34,067 bases of DNA from the IMG/VR virus record IMGVR_UViG_3300010339_000008, positions 1 to 34,067 of that record, one strand, 5' to 3'. Made by a program: the position numbers and the translations under genes. The DNA comes from a virus. Of the stretch, positions 1-9,062 are shown one piece after another (the stretch's first letter is position 1; each line of letters begins with the position of its first letter). The notes beneath the pieces are model-generated. The model had not been told where the DNA came from. It worked only from the letters and a program-made list of their open reading frames with translations, and searched no databases.

Positions 1-182
1 TAGCCGAGGCCGCGAACAGGATCGACAGTCTTTGTTTCTGAGATTGTGAATGACGAGGTCACGCCCAACTTGATAAACCGTCCCACATCAACAAGATCGG
101 TGAAAATCTTGAATCGACTGGAGATAACGGTCTCGGTGTTGGGGCTCGTGCCCTGCTGATAAACGTAGCCGCCTTGTGCCAT
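1..182 (-). CDS. hypothetical protein, N-terminal part only (gene runs past left edge)
   Basis: ATG at 182-180 with GAGGAA Shine-Dalgarno upstream; frame open to position 1 (MAQGGYVYQQGTSPNTETVISSRFKIF...); same strand, 70 nt downstream of preceding gene. Confidence 0.4.
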   Translation of the reverse strand, partial: MAQGGYVYQQGTSPNTETVISSRFKIFTDLVDVGRFIKLGVTSSFTISETKTVDPVRGLG

Positions 183-252
183 AGTCTGTTCCTCTGCCCC
201 TTACGGGGTCTTCTGTACTAAAACCTGATATTCGCCAAACTCAATTTGGCTA

Positions 253-1800
253 TTACTCCGAAGCCGCCACGGCCAGACCGAGGAACGAACTCTTCTTGCC
301 TTTGTTCTCTGCCTTGATCTTGGCTGCCGCCTCTTCGGATTCCACCTGTGCCTGCTGTTTGCTCAGAACCTTTGTAGCCTCGTTGAACAGGTCAGCCGCA
401 CGGAAAATTGCCTCTACCGCCTCGCGCACCGGGCGGGTATCGTTCACGTTTGTGAGCGGCTTTGCCTCAAGGTATATGCGCTTCAAGTCCGCACCGAACT
501 TCTCGGACTCCTTGACCGCCTTGCCGATGGTCATGTCGGCCGCTTGCTTGTTCAGCCTGATCGGGGGAGTCGTTTCCGGACGTTCCAGCTTTGCCGGGGA
601 CTCGTCGAGCTTGGAGTGCGCCTCTGCGATTTCCGGGGTGCGCCCGCCGTCTTCGGTCACTTCGATTGGCTTACCGCCGCCGATAAACCATGAGCCGCCT
701 TGTGCATTGGCGATCTTGTCGAGCGCAGCAAACACTTCCTTCAGGCTGCCTTCTTTCTCGTTGTGAATCTTCCATGCCGTAGCATAGGCCTTGTCCTTCT
801 CGCCGGGGTATTGCTTCTTGAGCTTATGCATCAGTTCCTCGCTGATGCCCGGAGGCGTAACAGCAACTTTTTCTGTGGATGCAACGACAGGCTCCTCTTC
901 CGGAGCGGCAGTCGCCAAGCCGCCGAGGCTCACTTGCGCTTGGGCGGGGTTGTCAGTGGCTTTCTTCTTGGCTGACGCCACGGGTGCGGGGATCGGGGCC
1001 GGAACAGGTGCCGCTACTGGCGCTACTGCGCCTGCGGGAGCCGCCTTGGGCTCTTCCTGCTCGATTGGACGGGTCTTCAACTCTTCTGCCATCTGCTCAA
1101 TAAGGGCCTGAGCGGACTTGTCTTCCTCAAATTCCTTGATGCTGACCAAAGCCTTGATCGCCTTGGCGAGAGCCTCGGTGCTGAGGGTCTTAATATCGAA
1201 TGTACCGTTCTCCGGGATCGGAGCGGGAGCGGCGACTGGTGCTACTGGAGCGGGAGCGGCAACTGGCTTCTGCGCCTTCTTGTCCTTGGCTGCCAAGCGG
1301 AGTACTTCTACCTTCTCGGGTGCCTTGGCTACGCCCTTCTCGTCGCGATCCGTGGAAAATGCCGCGCCGCCGTCGGCCTTCTTTTTCGCCGACGCCATGG
1401 GCGCGGACATCGTCGCCGGAGTCCGAACTGCGGCTGGCTGGCCGACCGGGACGTTCTGCTGCACTTCTGATTTTTGGGGACGTGACTCCCTGCGCCATTT
1501 TGCAATCATGTCTACCTCTTGTTTGATCCTGTTGGCCACATCCGGCTTGACCGCATCGTCGAAGTACTCCTCGACGGTACTCACGCCGTCCTGCGCCATC
1601 TCCTGCGGGTTCTTGTTCAAAATCGCCGACAGGAAATCTATGGAGCCTTGAAGCTGCTCCAGCCGGGGATCGTTCTCGTTTTCCGCCTTCCAATACTCGG
1701 ATAGCGTCTGGGCGTATTGAAGCGCGTCCTCGACAGTCTGCTTGGAGGCCTTGATCGTTGCCTTCTTGGCTTGCTGGCGGCGTGCTGTGAATTTCATCAT
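253..1800 (-). CDS. Pro/Ala-repeat protein of tail/structural module (function unknown)
   Basis: 515-aa ORF; ATG overlaps TAA stop of upstream tube-like gene (TAATG); two Pro/Ala low-complexity linkers (AAPAPVAPVAAPAPIPE and AAPAGAVAPVAAPVPAPIPAPVASAKKKA); K/E-rich helical ends. Confidence 0.6.
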   Translation of the reverse strand: MMKFTARRQQAKKATIKASKQTVEDALQYAQTLSEYWKAENENDPRLEQLQGSIDFLSAILNKNPQEMAQDGVSTVEEYFDDAVKPDVANRIKQEVDMIAKWRRESRPQKSEVQQNVPVGQPAAVRTPATMSAPMASAKKKADGGAAFSTDRDEKGVAKAPEKVEVLRLAAKDKKAQKPVAAPAPVAPVAAPAPIPENGTFDIKTLSTEALAKAIKALVSIKEFEEDKSAQALIEQMAEELKTRPIEQEEPKAAPAGAVAPVAAPVPAPIPAPVASAKKKATDNPAQAQVSLGGLATAAPEEEPVVASTEKVAVTPPGISEELMHKLKKQYPGEKDKAYATAWKIHNEKEGSLKEVFAALDKIANAQGGSWFIGGGKPIEVTEDGGRTPEIAEAHSKLDESPAKLERPETTPPIRLNKQAADMTIGKAVKESEKFGADLKRIYLEAKPLTNVNDTRPVREAVEAIFRAADLFNEATKVLSKQQAQVESEEAAAKIKAENKGKKSSFLGLAVAASE

Positions 1801-2234
1801 TAGACTGTCACCGGACCAATAACTGGAACCAGAGTTTGAGTACGCAGAGCCAGCATCACCTGTTTAATGTTTGTAACCATGATGCTGAACCAAGCGACTG
1901 CGGCCTCGCTCGGGTCGGTCGTGATGCAATCCATCGGCCCTTGGATCGGCGCTGGCTGATTTGGATTCTGCGCCATAGGCAGAGCCAGCATGAACCGCGC
2001 CACTTGGGAGCTAAGCTGCGTCGTGATCCCAACATAAAGCTGGGTCGTCGGGAACTGGAAAGTGAACGCCGGGGTGTTCGGGTCGGTGAACGAGCCAGCG
2101 ATGTTGATTTCCGGATCGCCGAACGCAGCGATTCGCGCCTTGTCCGTGCTGTCCGTCATATCGCCGACGAACAGGCATTGGATCGTCATGCTGATGACGC
2201 CGTTCGCTTGAGTTACGACAGCTTGAACCTTCAT
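1800..2234 (-). CDS. putative tail tube protein (144 aa)
   Basis: Directly downstream of sheath-like gene; ~15 kDa size typical of tube proteins; AAGGGG RBS before ATG at 2234; track ORF 1800..2315 trimmed because its first 27 codons run through the antisense tRNA. Confidence 0.45.
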   Translation of the reverse strand: MKVQAVVTQANGVISMTIQCLFVGDMTDSTDKARIAAFGDPEINIAGSFTDPNTPAFTFQFPTTQLYVGITTQLSSQVARFMLALPMAQNPNQPAPIQGPMDCITTDPSEAAVAWFSIMVTNIKQVMLALRTQTLVPVIGPVTV

Positions 2235-2278
2235 CCTTGGCCCCTTATTAAACCTGCTTCTTAAGTGCCTTAGTAGGT

Positions 2279-2370
2279 GGCGGGGTGGCAGAACCCGGCA
2301 ATGCGCCCGACTCAAAATCGGAGGCTAACCCGCGACGGTTTTGTGGGTTCAAATCCCACCCCCGCCGCCA
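2279..2370 (+). tRNA. tRNA-Leu(CAA), type II (long variable arm), CCA encoded
   Basis: Acceptor GGCGGGG/CCCCGCC 7 bp, U8, 3-bp D stem, anticodon stem CCGA/UCGG, loop CUCAAAA (anticodon CAA), ~20-nt variable region with CCG/CGG stem, T arm GUGGG-UUCAAAU-CCCAC, discriminator G then CCA. Confidence 0.7.
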
Positions 2371-2418
2371 CTACTAAATTTTTAGTCCCACCAAGAAGCA
2401 GTTGCCCGCCCCTCTGGA

Positions 2419-5400
2419 TTACAAACTCGTCTGCACGACGAAGGTGACACTGGCGTAGAGCAAGCTGAAGATCGGCTTGAACGTGACCGTCACGTCAACT
2501 TCGGTCGGGTCTTGCGGGTTCACGACAACACTGAGGTTCTCGTACCCGCTGAGGATAACGTTGTCCACGAGCGACTTCAGGCGTGCGTTGCAAACCACCT
2601 GAATGTCCGTCACAAGGCTGTCCACCAGCTTGCGACCAATGAATTGCTGCAAGTCAAGGCGGAACTGCTGGGCCACGTAGTCGGTGATTGTCACCGAGGT
2701 CGGCTCGCTCGTCAGGTCGTTCGCCGGGTCGGTCGTCTTGTAGTGGCGAATCTGGAGCGCCCCGCTGTTGTTGAGCAACAGGGTCAAGCCGTTGGCTGCC
2801 ATGTTGTCCATCGTCGGGTCGTCGTAGGTGATGAGCAGGCGGCTGAACCCGACCAAGTTCTGGAGGGTAAGAGTCGTCGCCACGTCGTTCGACGGGTTGC
2901 AGTTCAAACCTGCCATGGCGGCTGCCATGAAGGTGCCGTCAACCGGGTACTCAACTGCTACGCCAGTCGTCAGGTTGGTGATGAGGATGCCCGCGGCTGC
3001 GTTGCCGATGGCGACCATACGGCTGTTCTTCAATGCAACAGCGTTTGCCGAAGCTTGAGCAGCGGTCGTGAATTGAGAGTAACCCACAAAGCCGATTGCT
3101 TCGCCCTTGTAGCGGGCTCCAGCTTGAGTGATAAGCTGGCGGCTCAGTGCTTGGTGCACCGTGGGGTCGTTGCTCAGGGGCACGACCACATTCACCTTAT
3201 GGTTGAGGCCCGGTATGTTCTTCGTGAGTTGCTGGAGGGCGGAGGTGTAGTCCGAGGAGGAGGCGTAGTTCGTGCCGGGCTGCACTGGGACTTGGATCGC
3301 GCCGAAGGTCTGCACGCCGTTCTGTGACATCAGGCTGATGCCGAGGGACAGGCGGTTGACCGTGCTGGGCTGCCCATACTGGGCGTAGGCGTCGGACGGG
3401 TTGGTGAAAATCTTCAGGGCGTAGTCTGCGGCGGTCTTGTTGGTCGTGAAGGTCACGTAGTAGAACGTGCCGACTGATGGGCCAGCGCCGGAGCCGCGGA
3501 ACGTGCTGACGACCACCGTGTCGCCTGCGGTCGAATTGTAGGTTGAAATGACCGTGGTGTGCAATCCGGGGATCGCAACAAGGTTGTTCGCCTGTGCCGG
3601 AAGCGTTCCGGGCGTGCCGCAGTAGCGGACAGCAGCATTAGCGCCTGCCTTGACGTTGTAGCGAAGAATGTCGCCATTCGTGAAAGCGTAAGCTGACGGA
3701 ATCGCCGGATTGCCATAGAGGCTCAAGGAAGTGCCAGACGCGTCAAGGATTGTGACGCGGAATCCTGTCACAACGTCCTCGTAGGTCTGGTTGATGTAGC
3801 CGATGTTGCTGCTCCCACTGCCCGAGCCAGCGTTTGGCCCAAGGCTGGAACTTACGGTGTAGCTGTGGGTCACGGGAGCCGTAATTGCGTCCGCACCGCT
3901 GCCCAAGCTCTGAGCCGCCGTTGTAATAACAGCCGTGCCGACAGTCACAGCCGAAGTTGTGATCTGACCGCCATTCTGTGTTTCAGCGGACGGGAAATGG
4001 GCTGCGATCTGGGTCAGGTTCTCCAACGTGCCAGTCCAATTGGCGTAGATGGTGACCAAATCGCCATTGACAGTCACGGGGACCGAGTTTGTTGATGCCG
4101 CATCAAGAGCGATCTTGACCTTGTTGCCGTTGATGCCCGGAATCATCGTTGAAAATGTTATGGAGCCAGTCGAACCAAATGTGGTTGTCAAGCTCGCTTG
4201 CACGGCGGCGGTAATTGTGGCTAGACCGTCATGGTTGAATGTTAGGGTGACATTCTCGTCCACCGCAGCGCCAGCTTGGGCTTGTGCGTCAAGCTGACCG
4301 AACGGATAGATTACACCGCTCGCTGCAAAACCTGCGCTAGCGGCGACTGTGCCGCTCGTGAAGGTCACGAGAGGAGCCACACGGTCAAGTTCGTCTTGGA
4401 TGATGTATGTGCCGTGCCCGCTGTAGCCGGGGGTCACGACCTGCACGGAGTACTGGTGCGTCTCCAAGGTGTTGCGGTAGTAGGATGCCCACACGCCCAC
4501 AGCCTCAAGTGGCTCGATGGTAGTGCTGCTCGATGGAGCCGGAGGGTTATACAGGGTGACTTTCTGGCCGCTCAGCCCCGCTACCTTCACTGGGCCAGCG
4601 AGGTATGCTTCGAGCGGATCGGAGCCTATATAGACATAAACAAGCAGGGGATTTTCCGTTGGACGACCGAGCCCGCTGCCATCCGTTGGTACATCTTCAA
4701 GAGTGAAGGCTGTGTTTCTGCTGTTGACTACACCGGAACACGGACGGAGGAATACCCACTCGTCTACGAGGGAAGTAGTCACATCGGTCTGGTCAAAGTT
4801 CGCAAGCTCGCCTGCGGCGGACACGCCAATGGCTTCACTGACTGAGTTGCCCCAGTTGATTGTGCCGTTGCCGTCCGCATCCACACCAAGGGCGAAGTCC
4901 ACATTCTGGATGTAGTCGCTGCGGTTCGGGCCAAGCCCGACGCTCACGACAGAGGCGATGTTTGACGCCGGAAGCAGGTCGAACGTGTTCTGCCAAGTGT
5001 TGGTGTAGTACGTGAAGGTCAAGGTCGAGCCGTATGCCACCGGAGATGCCAAGGTGACAAGACCTGCTTGCCCGTTGACTGCGGAAACGGGTACTGATAC
5101 CCCATTCACTTCGGCTGTGACAAGGGCGGGATTGGTCGTGATCACGCCGCCGTTGGTGCCGTCCACGATGTAGTTCCCGGCTTGCAAGTCCAAACCCGGC
5201 TGGTTGGCAACTGCTGCCGTCAAGCCAACTTTGAACACCGTGTTGCTGTTGTTGCCCAAACCGCCTGCGAAAGGCAAAGCGGCTGTTGCAACCAAGGGAG
5301 TCGTCTGGTCGCCTGAAGAAGACGCCACAATCAGGTATCCACCATCGAGAGTCGGAATACTCGTGGTGTTCACGAGGGTCGCGAGGTCCGCCAAGGTACG

Positions 5401-6087
5401 AGTGGCAGAAACTCCGGTGATGTTGATGACGATCGCGTCAGTGCCAGCGCCAGTCACAGCTTGCGCGGCGGGAACGGCCAGACCCGCTACCAACTGGAGC
5501 GTGACAAAGTTGCCAGCGGCTCCCGGATTCGTGAGACTCAGCACCACAGAGCCAGTCTTCGGCGGGCTTACCGACGTGTCACTGACAGTTAGGGTCGCAT
5601 ACTTCGGAATTTGGAAGGTATCGTCTTCGTTCGTGATGAGCGTATCGCCGCGCTTGAAGTTGTAGGTGATCTCAAGCGTCCAGCCAGAGGGGATGATTTC
5701 CTGCGTGGAGAAGACGCCTGTCGCGCCAACCAAGGAGATCACAGTGACAGGGAGCACGTTGCCGTCCGTATCGACGGCTTCGACCTGAACCTTGCTCGGA
5801 TCGTTGGTGACGACGCCCTTGCCCGTTCCATCCGTTACCGGGTAGTAGGTGGTCTTGAAGCTGCGGGTAAAGCCAGAGACCTGATTCGAGATATTCTCGT
5901 CCACCGCTTGGTCGTCCTGCACCGAGGAGGAGCCACGGAACAGTTCGACGTTCGGGAAGCTAAAGAACTGCTGTCCCTCACCGATGATTACCGGGATGCG
6001 GGAAGTACCGATCGCGGCCGAGGCCTGCGGATTGAAGATTTCGGTTGTATAGACGCCCGGAGGAGCGTAACTGGTAAACAGTGCCAT
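2419..6087 (-). CDS. contractile tail sheath protein, unusually large (1222 aa)
   Basis: N-terminus MALFTSYAPPGVYTTEIF carries the PGVY motif conserved at the start of phage and contractile-injection sheath proteins; GAGGGA RBS; tube-like gene directly downstream; long T/S/G/V-rich beta-type middle region suggests inserted surface domains. Confidence 0.6.
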   Translation of the reverse strand: MALFTSYAPPGVYTTEIFNPQASAAIGTSRIPVIIGEGQQFFSFPNVELFRGSSSVQDDQAVDENISNQVSGFTRSFKTTYYPVTDGTGKGVVTNDPSKVQVEAVDTDGNVLPVTVISLVGATGVFSTQEIIPSGWTLEITYNFKRGDTLITNEDDTFQIPKYATLTVSDTSVSPPKTGSVVLSLTNPGAAGNFVTLQLVAGLAVPAAQAVTGAGTDAIVINITGVSATRTLADLATLVNTTSIPTLDGGYLIVASSSGDQTTPLVATAALPFAGGLGNNSNTVFKVGLTAAVANQPGLDLQAGNYIVDGTNGGVITTNPALVTAEVNGVSVPVSAVNGQAGLVTLASPVAYGSTLTFTYYTNTWQNTFDLLPASNIASVVSVGLGPNRSDYIQNVDFALGVDADGNGTINWGNSVSEAIGVSAAGELANFDQTDVTTSLVDEWVFLRPCSGVVNSRNTAFTLEDVPTDGSGLGRPTENPLLVYVYIGSDPLEAYLAGPVKVAGLSGQKVTLYNPPAPSSSTTIEPLEAVGVWASYYRNTLETHQYSVQVVTPGYSGHGTYIIQDELDRVAPLVTFTSGTVAASAGFAASGVIYPFGQLDAQAQAGAAVDENVTLTFNHDGLATITAAVQASLTTTFGSTGSITFSTMIPGINGNKVKIALDAASTNSVPVTVNGDLVTIYANWTGTLENLTQIAAHFPSAETQNGGQITTSAVTVGTAVITTAAQSLGSGADAITAPVTHSYTVSSSLGPNAGSGSGSSNIGYINQTYEDVVTGFRVTILDASGTSLSLYGNPAIPSAYAFTNGDILRYNVKAGANAAVRYCGTPGTLPAQANNLVAIPGLHTTVISTYNSTAGDTVVVSTFRGSGAGPSVGTFYYVTFTTNKTAADYALKIFTNPSDAYAQYGQPSTVNRLSLGISLMSQNGVQTFGAIQVPVQPGTNYASSSDYTSALQQLTKNIPGLNHKVNVVVPLSNDPTVHQALSRQLITQAGARYKGEAIGFVGYSQFTTAAQASANAVALKNSRMVAIGNAAAGILITNLTTGVAVEYPVDGTFMAAAMAGLNCNPSNDVATTLTLQNLVGFSRLLITYDDPTMDNMAANGLTLLLNNSGALQIRHYKTTDPANDLTSEPTSVTITDYVAQQFRLDLQQFIGRKLVDSLVTDIQVVCNARLKSLVDNVILSGYENLSVVVNPQDPTEVDVTVTFKPIFSLLYASVTFVVQTSL

Positions 6088-6146
6088 GGGTTTCCCTCTT
6101 AAAAATGGACTTCATCTAGGGACATAAAAGTCCAAATTTTCTAGTG

Positions 6147-6503
6147 TTAATCTTCCTTCGGCTCAGGAGTTTGGACCGAAACGAGCTTTTTGTCGGTCGC
6201 CACGTACTCGCCTACGGCGACCGCCGTAATGCCCGTTTTGCCGCTCTCCCGTCGAATCTTGTCTCGCCGAGCCTTCCGTTCATTGACCTTTTCCCACCGG
6301 GCCTCGGCGTCCTTGCCAATCGCCACATCTATTGTCTTGTGGTCCATGTTGGCGGTCAGGACGCCCGGAGCGATCAGAAAGACATGGAAAGAGTCCTCCC
6401 CGCACCTCGGGCACGGCAGGCTTTCCGGCAAGGGCTTGTGGATAGATTGGACGAATTCCTGAACCACGCCGCAGCTATCGCATTTGTAATCGTATGTTGG
6501 CAT
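6147..6503 (-). CDS. FmdB-family zinc-ribbon protein
   Basis: MPTYDYKCDSCGVVQEF...CPRCGE matches the FmdB/CxxC-x17-CxxC zinc-ribbon signature at the N-terminus. Confidence 0.7.
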   Translation of the reverse strand: MPTYDYKCDSCGVVQEFVQSIHKPLPESLPCPRCGEDSFHVFLIAPGVLTANMDHKTIDVAIGKDAEARWEKVNERKARRDKIRRESGKTGITAVAVGEYVATDKKLVSVQTPEPKED

Positions 6504-6516
6504 GCGCCCTTTCCGG

Positions 6517-8199
6517 CTATTTGTACGATGGAATGAAGGATGTGGCCCCTAGAGCCTGCATCCGATTTGCCATCTGTAATTTACCCTGAAAGTCGGGATT
6601 TGACAGGGTATCGGTGATTTCGTACCGCACCATGCGGGTCACGAGCGGCACGTACACCTTCCAATCGGCGCTTGCCGTGACGCTGACCGTGTAGATGTAG
6701 CTCGGGGCGGTGGCTGACGGATCACGCGCCACGCCTTGGAAGTCGCGGGTAGCCTCGAAGACCGTCAGACCGTCCGCCTCGCAGTTCTCTCGCCCGAGGA
6801 TCAAAAGCTGCTGCTTGAGCATCTCGCTCAGGTCGGAGGAGGTCTGGAGGTCGTTGGACTTGACCTCAAGGGTGAAGCTGATGTTCTCCTTGGAGCCAAA
6901 TACCTCATAAGTCTCTGTAATTGTTGGACTTACCACTATCGCCGCTTGATCCCCGACGATGACTTGATCCCCGATGGCCAAAACAAGCCCCGGCAGAAAG
7001 TACTGCTGCTGTCCGTTGGCGAGCAAGGGATTACCCACGGAGACCTGAATTGGGGCTGGCTGGGGCTCTCCCTGTGCGGCTGGGGGCCGCTTAAACTGGA
7101 TCGTGTTGGGATCGACGACAATCAGGCTGTTGAGTTCCCATTTCTTGGCGCTGGCCTTGGCCTGCGGGGTCTCGATCCTGACCTCCCAGTGGCAGTATTC
7201 CCCCGGCTGAAGAAGCTGAGGCAGGACGATGGTCCCGTTGGGCTCCGCCGTCAAGTTGGGGAAATCCCCTGCCGTCGTGTGGATGAAGACTTGGCCGGGG
7301 GCCAATATCTCGTCCGACTGGAGCCCGATCTGGAGGATGTTCTCGGGGTTGGTGCCGGAAGTCGTCATGGGATTGAGCTTCACCATGGCGTTACAGTACA
7401 GAGTGGAACCCGAGGGTGACCATGTGGCAAGCTGGATGAAATTGCTGCCGTACATCGTGTAGTCAAGGTTTGGACGCAGCATGTAGCCGTCTTGATCTGT
7501 GACGGTGAACCCGAGATTCGTCGGGATGCTGACCAATTCGGAGCCACCGAGGGTTTGCTGGCAGATCGTCGTGGTCTGCTGGCGCTCGTACCAATAGTCT
7601 ACGAGCGGCTGGAGGCTTTCCGCGCTTGCAGTCCACGTGCACCTCAGTTCGTTGACTGGAGTAAGAAGATTAGCGAACGCCCCGTTCGTTTGGTTGAAAC
7701 CAACAAACTGGATTTGGTTGCCCGTTTCCTGATCCCACATGGAGATTAGACTCGTGTCAATGCCGGGGCGGAAGAACACCTGCGAACCCACGGCATTCAC
7801 GATCTTTCCCTCTTCCCACCTGAAGTACTGGCAGGTGAGCCCAATGTCGTTGGTTTGCTCGTTGAAGTAATCGACGTTCAAATAGTACACGCCAGCGGCG
7901 GGCGTCTGGCGGGTCTTGTCGGTCTCGCGCACCCACTCGATAAGCTGGCCGGGCTTGTCGCTGACTTTGGCGAGGATCGCGCGCCCCTGCTGTGTGCACA
8001 TGAAGTAGTCGGGAGACAGACGGGTGCCTGAAGTAGTCACGTTGCGGATAGAAATCCACACGTCTTTCCATGCGATGATGGTGTTCGCGGGAAACGTCAC
8101 AGCGCCGAGAGTATTTTTGAAGCGGGGATTTCGTTCTACGATGTCACGGATCACCCGCAACAAGTAGGCGACTAGATTAGCCCCAGTGAGGTCGATCAT
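6517..8199 (-). CDS. hypothetical structural-module protein (560 aa)
   Basis: Long ORF with high GC3, same strand and tight spacing with neighbours; no motif recognised. Confidence 0.7.
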   Translation of the reverse strand: MIDLTGANLVAYLLRVIRDIVERNPRFKNTLGAVTFPANTIIAWKDVWISIRNVTTSGTRLSPDYFMCTQQGRAILAKVSDKPGQLIEWVRETDKTRQTPAAGVYYLNVDYFNEQTNDIGLTCQYFRWEEGKIVNAVGSQVFFRPGIDTSLISMWDQETGNQIQFVGFNQTNGAFANLLTPVNELRCTWTASAESLQPLVDYWYERQQTTTICQQTLGGSELVSIPTNLGFTVTDQDGYMLRPNLDYTMYGSNFIQLATWSPSGSTLYCNAMVKLNPMTTSGTNPENILQIGLQSDEILAPGQVFIHTTAGDFPNLTAEPNGTIVLPQLLQPGEYCHWEVRIETPQAKASAKKWELNSLIVVDPNTIQFKRPPAAQGEPQPAPIQVSVGNPLLANGQQQYFLPGLVLAIGDQVIVGDQAAIVVSPTITETYEVFGSKENISFTLEVKSNDLQTSSDLSEMLKQQLLILGRENCEADGLTVFEATRDFQGVARDPSATAPSYIYTVSVTASADWKVYVPLVTRMVRYEITDTLSNPDFQGKLQMANRMQALGATSFIPSYK

Positions 8200-8208
8200 G
8201 CGACCCCC

Positions 8209-8745
8209 TTACCAGCCGCTAGGTACGTCCGAAGTGCGTCCTGCTTCGCCCTTGCTGAGTTCGTCCGGGCGGCCATAATTGGTCGGGCCATCTGTGATCT
8301 TGACAAGCAGAGCGCCATAGTCAACGCCCGGTGGAGGAGCGGGAACGTACTGCTGAATAGGCTCGATCCACTGCTCGATGGAACGGCGGATATCGTTTAT
8401 GCCGACCCGTCCGCCGAGACGCGGATACCAACGGTTCTCGATCTGGATATATCCCTGCCATGGGTAGTCGAGGATGTTCCATTGGCTGCCGTCGCGAGCT
8501 TGGAAAGCAGCGCCGGGGATCATGTAGGCGAAGAAAATCTCGTCACCTTCCAGTGGGGAGAGGGGGTTGGGAAGCTGTGTGTTGCCGGGGTTGGGAGCAA
8601 ATTGAACATAGGTACTAATTCTTGAATCATCAGGGTCTCCAACTATCGCCTGAAGGTCTGGGTTCGAGTTCGGCGTATCAGATTCATCGAGAACTCGGGC
8701 CGTTTTCACCAGTTCATCTGCTGTTTCTTTAAGGTCAAAAGCCAT
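8209..8745 (-). CDS. hypothetical protein (178 aa)
   Basis: ATG at 8745 with AGAGAGG RBS (MAFDLKETADEL...); the upstream Met at 8772 lacks an RBS. Confidence 0.6.
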   Translation of the reverse strand: MAFDLKETADELVKTARVLDESDTPNSNPDLQAIVGDPDDSRISTYVQFAPNPGNTQLPNPLSPLEGDEIFFAYMIPGAAFQARDGSQWNILDYPWQGYIQIENRWYPRLGGRVGINDIRRSIEQWIEPIQQYVPAPPPGVDYGALLVKITDGPTNYGRPDELSKGEAGRTSDVPSGW

Positions 8746-8800
8746 AGTGGTGCCTCTCTTAAGTGGTTGCAATAGTCAGGTTTTCGGGTAGAATAGGAAA

Positions 8801-9052
8801 ATGAGCAAGATGCGTAGGTCATTGGGGCAGCGGAGGCCCACATGCTTCCCAACAGCGCCGGAATACTGGGTTGACTTTCCCTACCACAACTACGGCACGT
8901 TGCACCACGTCGGCAAAGCCGGGCTGTATTTGGACGAATTCCTCGATGTACTTGAAAACTGGGCCGCCAGCCGCGATTTTGGCGACCATATATTCATCGA
9001 AGACATCACGTCCGACGACAACGCCCACTACCACGTGAGTCTCGGGAGCTAG
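8801..9052 (+). CDS. hypothetical small protein (83 aa), plus strand
   Basis: High GC3 in this frame; lies in a gap between minus-strand genes; weak AGGAAAATG context. Confidence 0.4.
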   Translation: MSKMRRSLGQRRPTCFPTAPEYWVDFPYHNYGTLHHVGKAGLYLDEFLDVLENWAASRDFGDHIFIEDITSDDNAHYHVSLGS

Positions 9053-9062
9053 GAGAAAGAAA

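Noticed and set aside
196-211. Terminator after the Pro/Ala-repeat gene (GCCCC-TTA-CGGGG hairpin)
   Set aside because: Stem is only 4-5 bp and no clear U-tract on the transcribed strand; too weak to call.
1190-1693. 167-aa and other ORFs overlapping the Pro/Ala-repeat gene
   Set aside because: Off-frame shadows in repetitive GC-rich DNA.
2235-2315. N-terminal extension of ORF 1800..2315
   Set aside because: Runs through the antisense tRNA-Leu gene and lacks an RBS; real start placed at ATG 2234 with AAGGGG RBS.
2512-3327. 271-aa plus-strand ORF
   Set aside because: Antisense shadow within the sheath-like gene.
8819-9034. 71-aa minus-strand ORF (GTG start)
   Set aside because: Competes with the plus-strand ORF 8801..9052; no RBS and Val-rich; the plus-strand reading has better codon-position GC.
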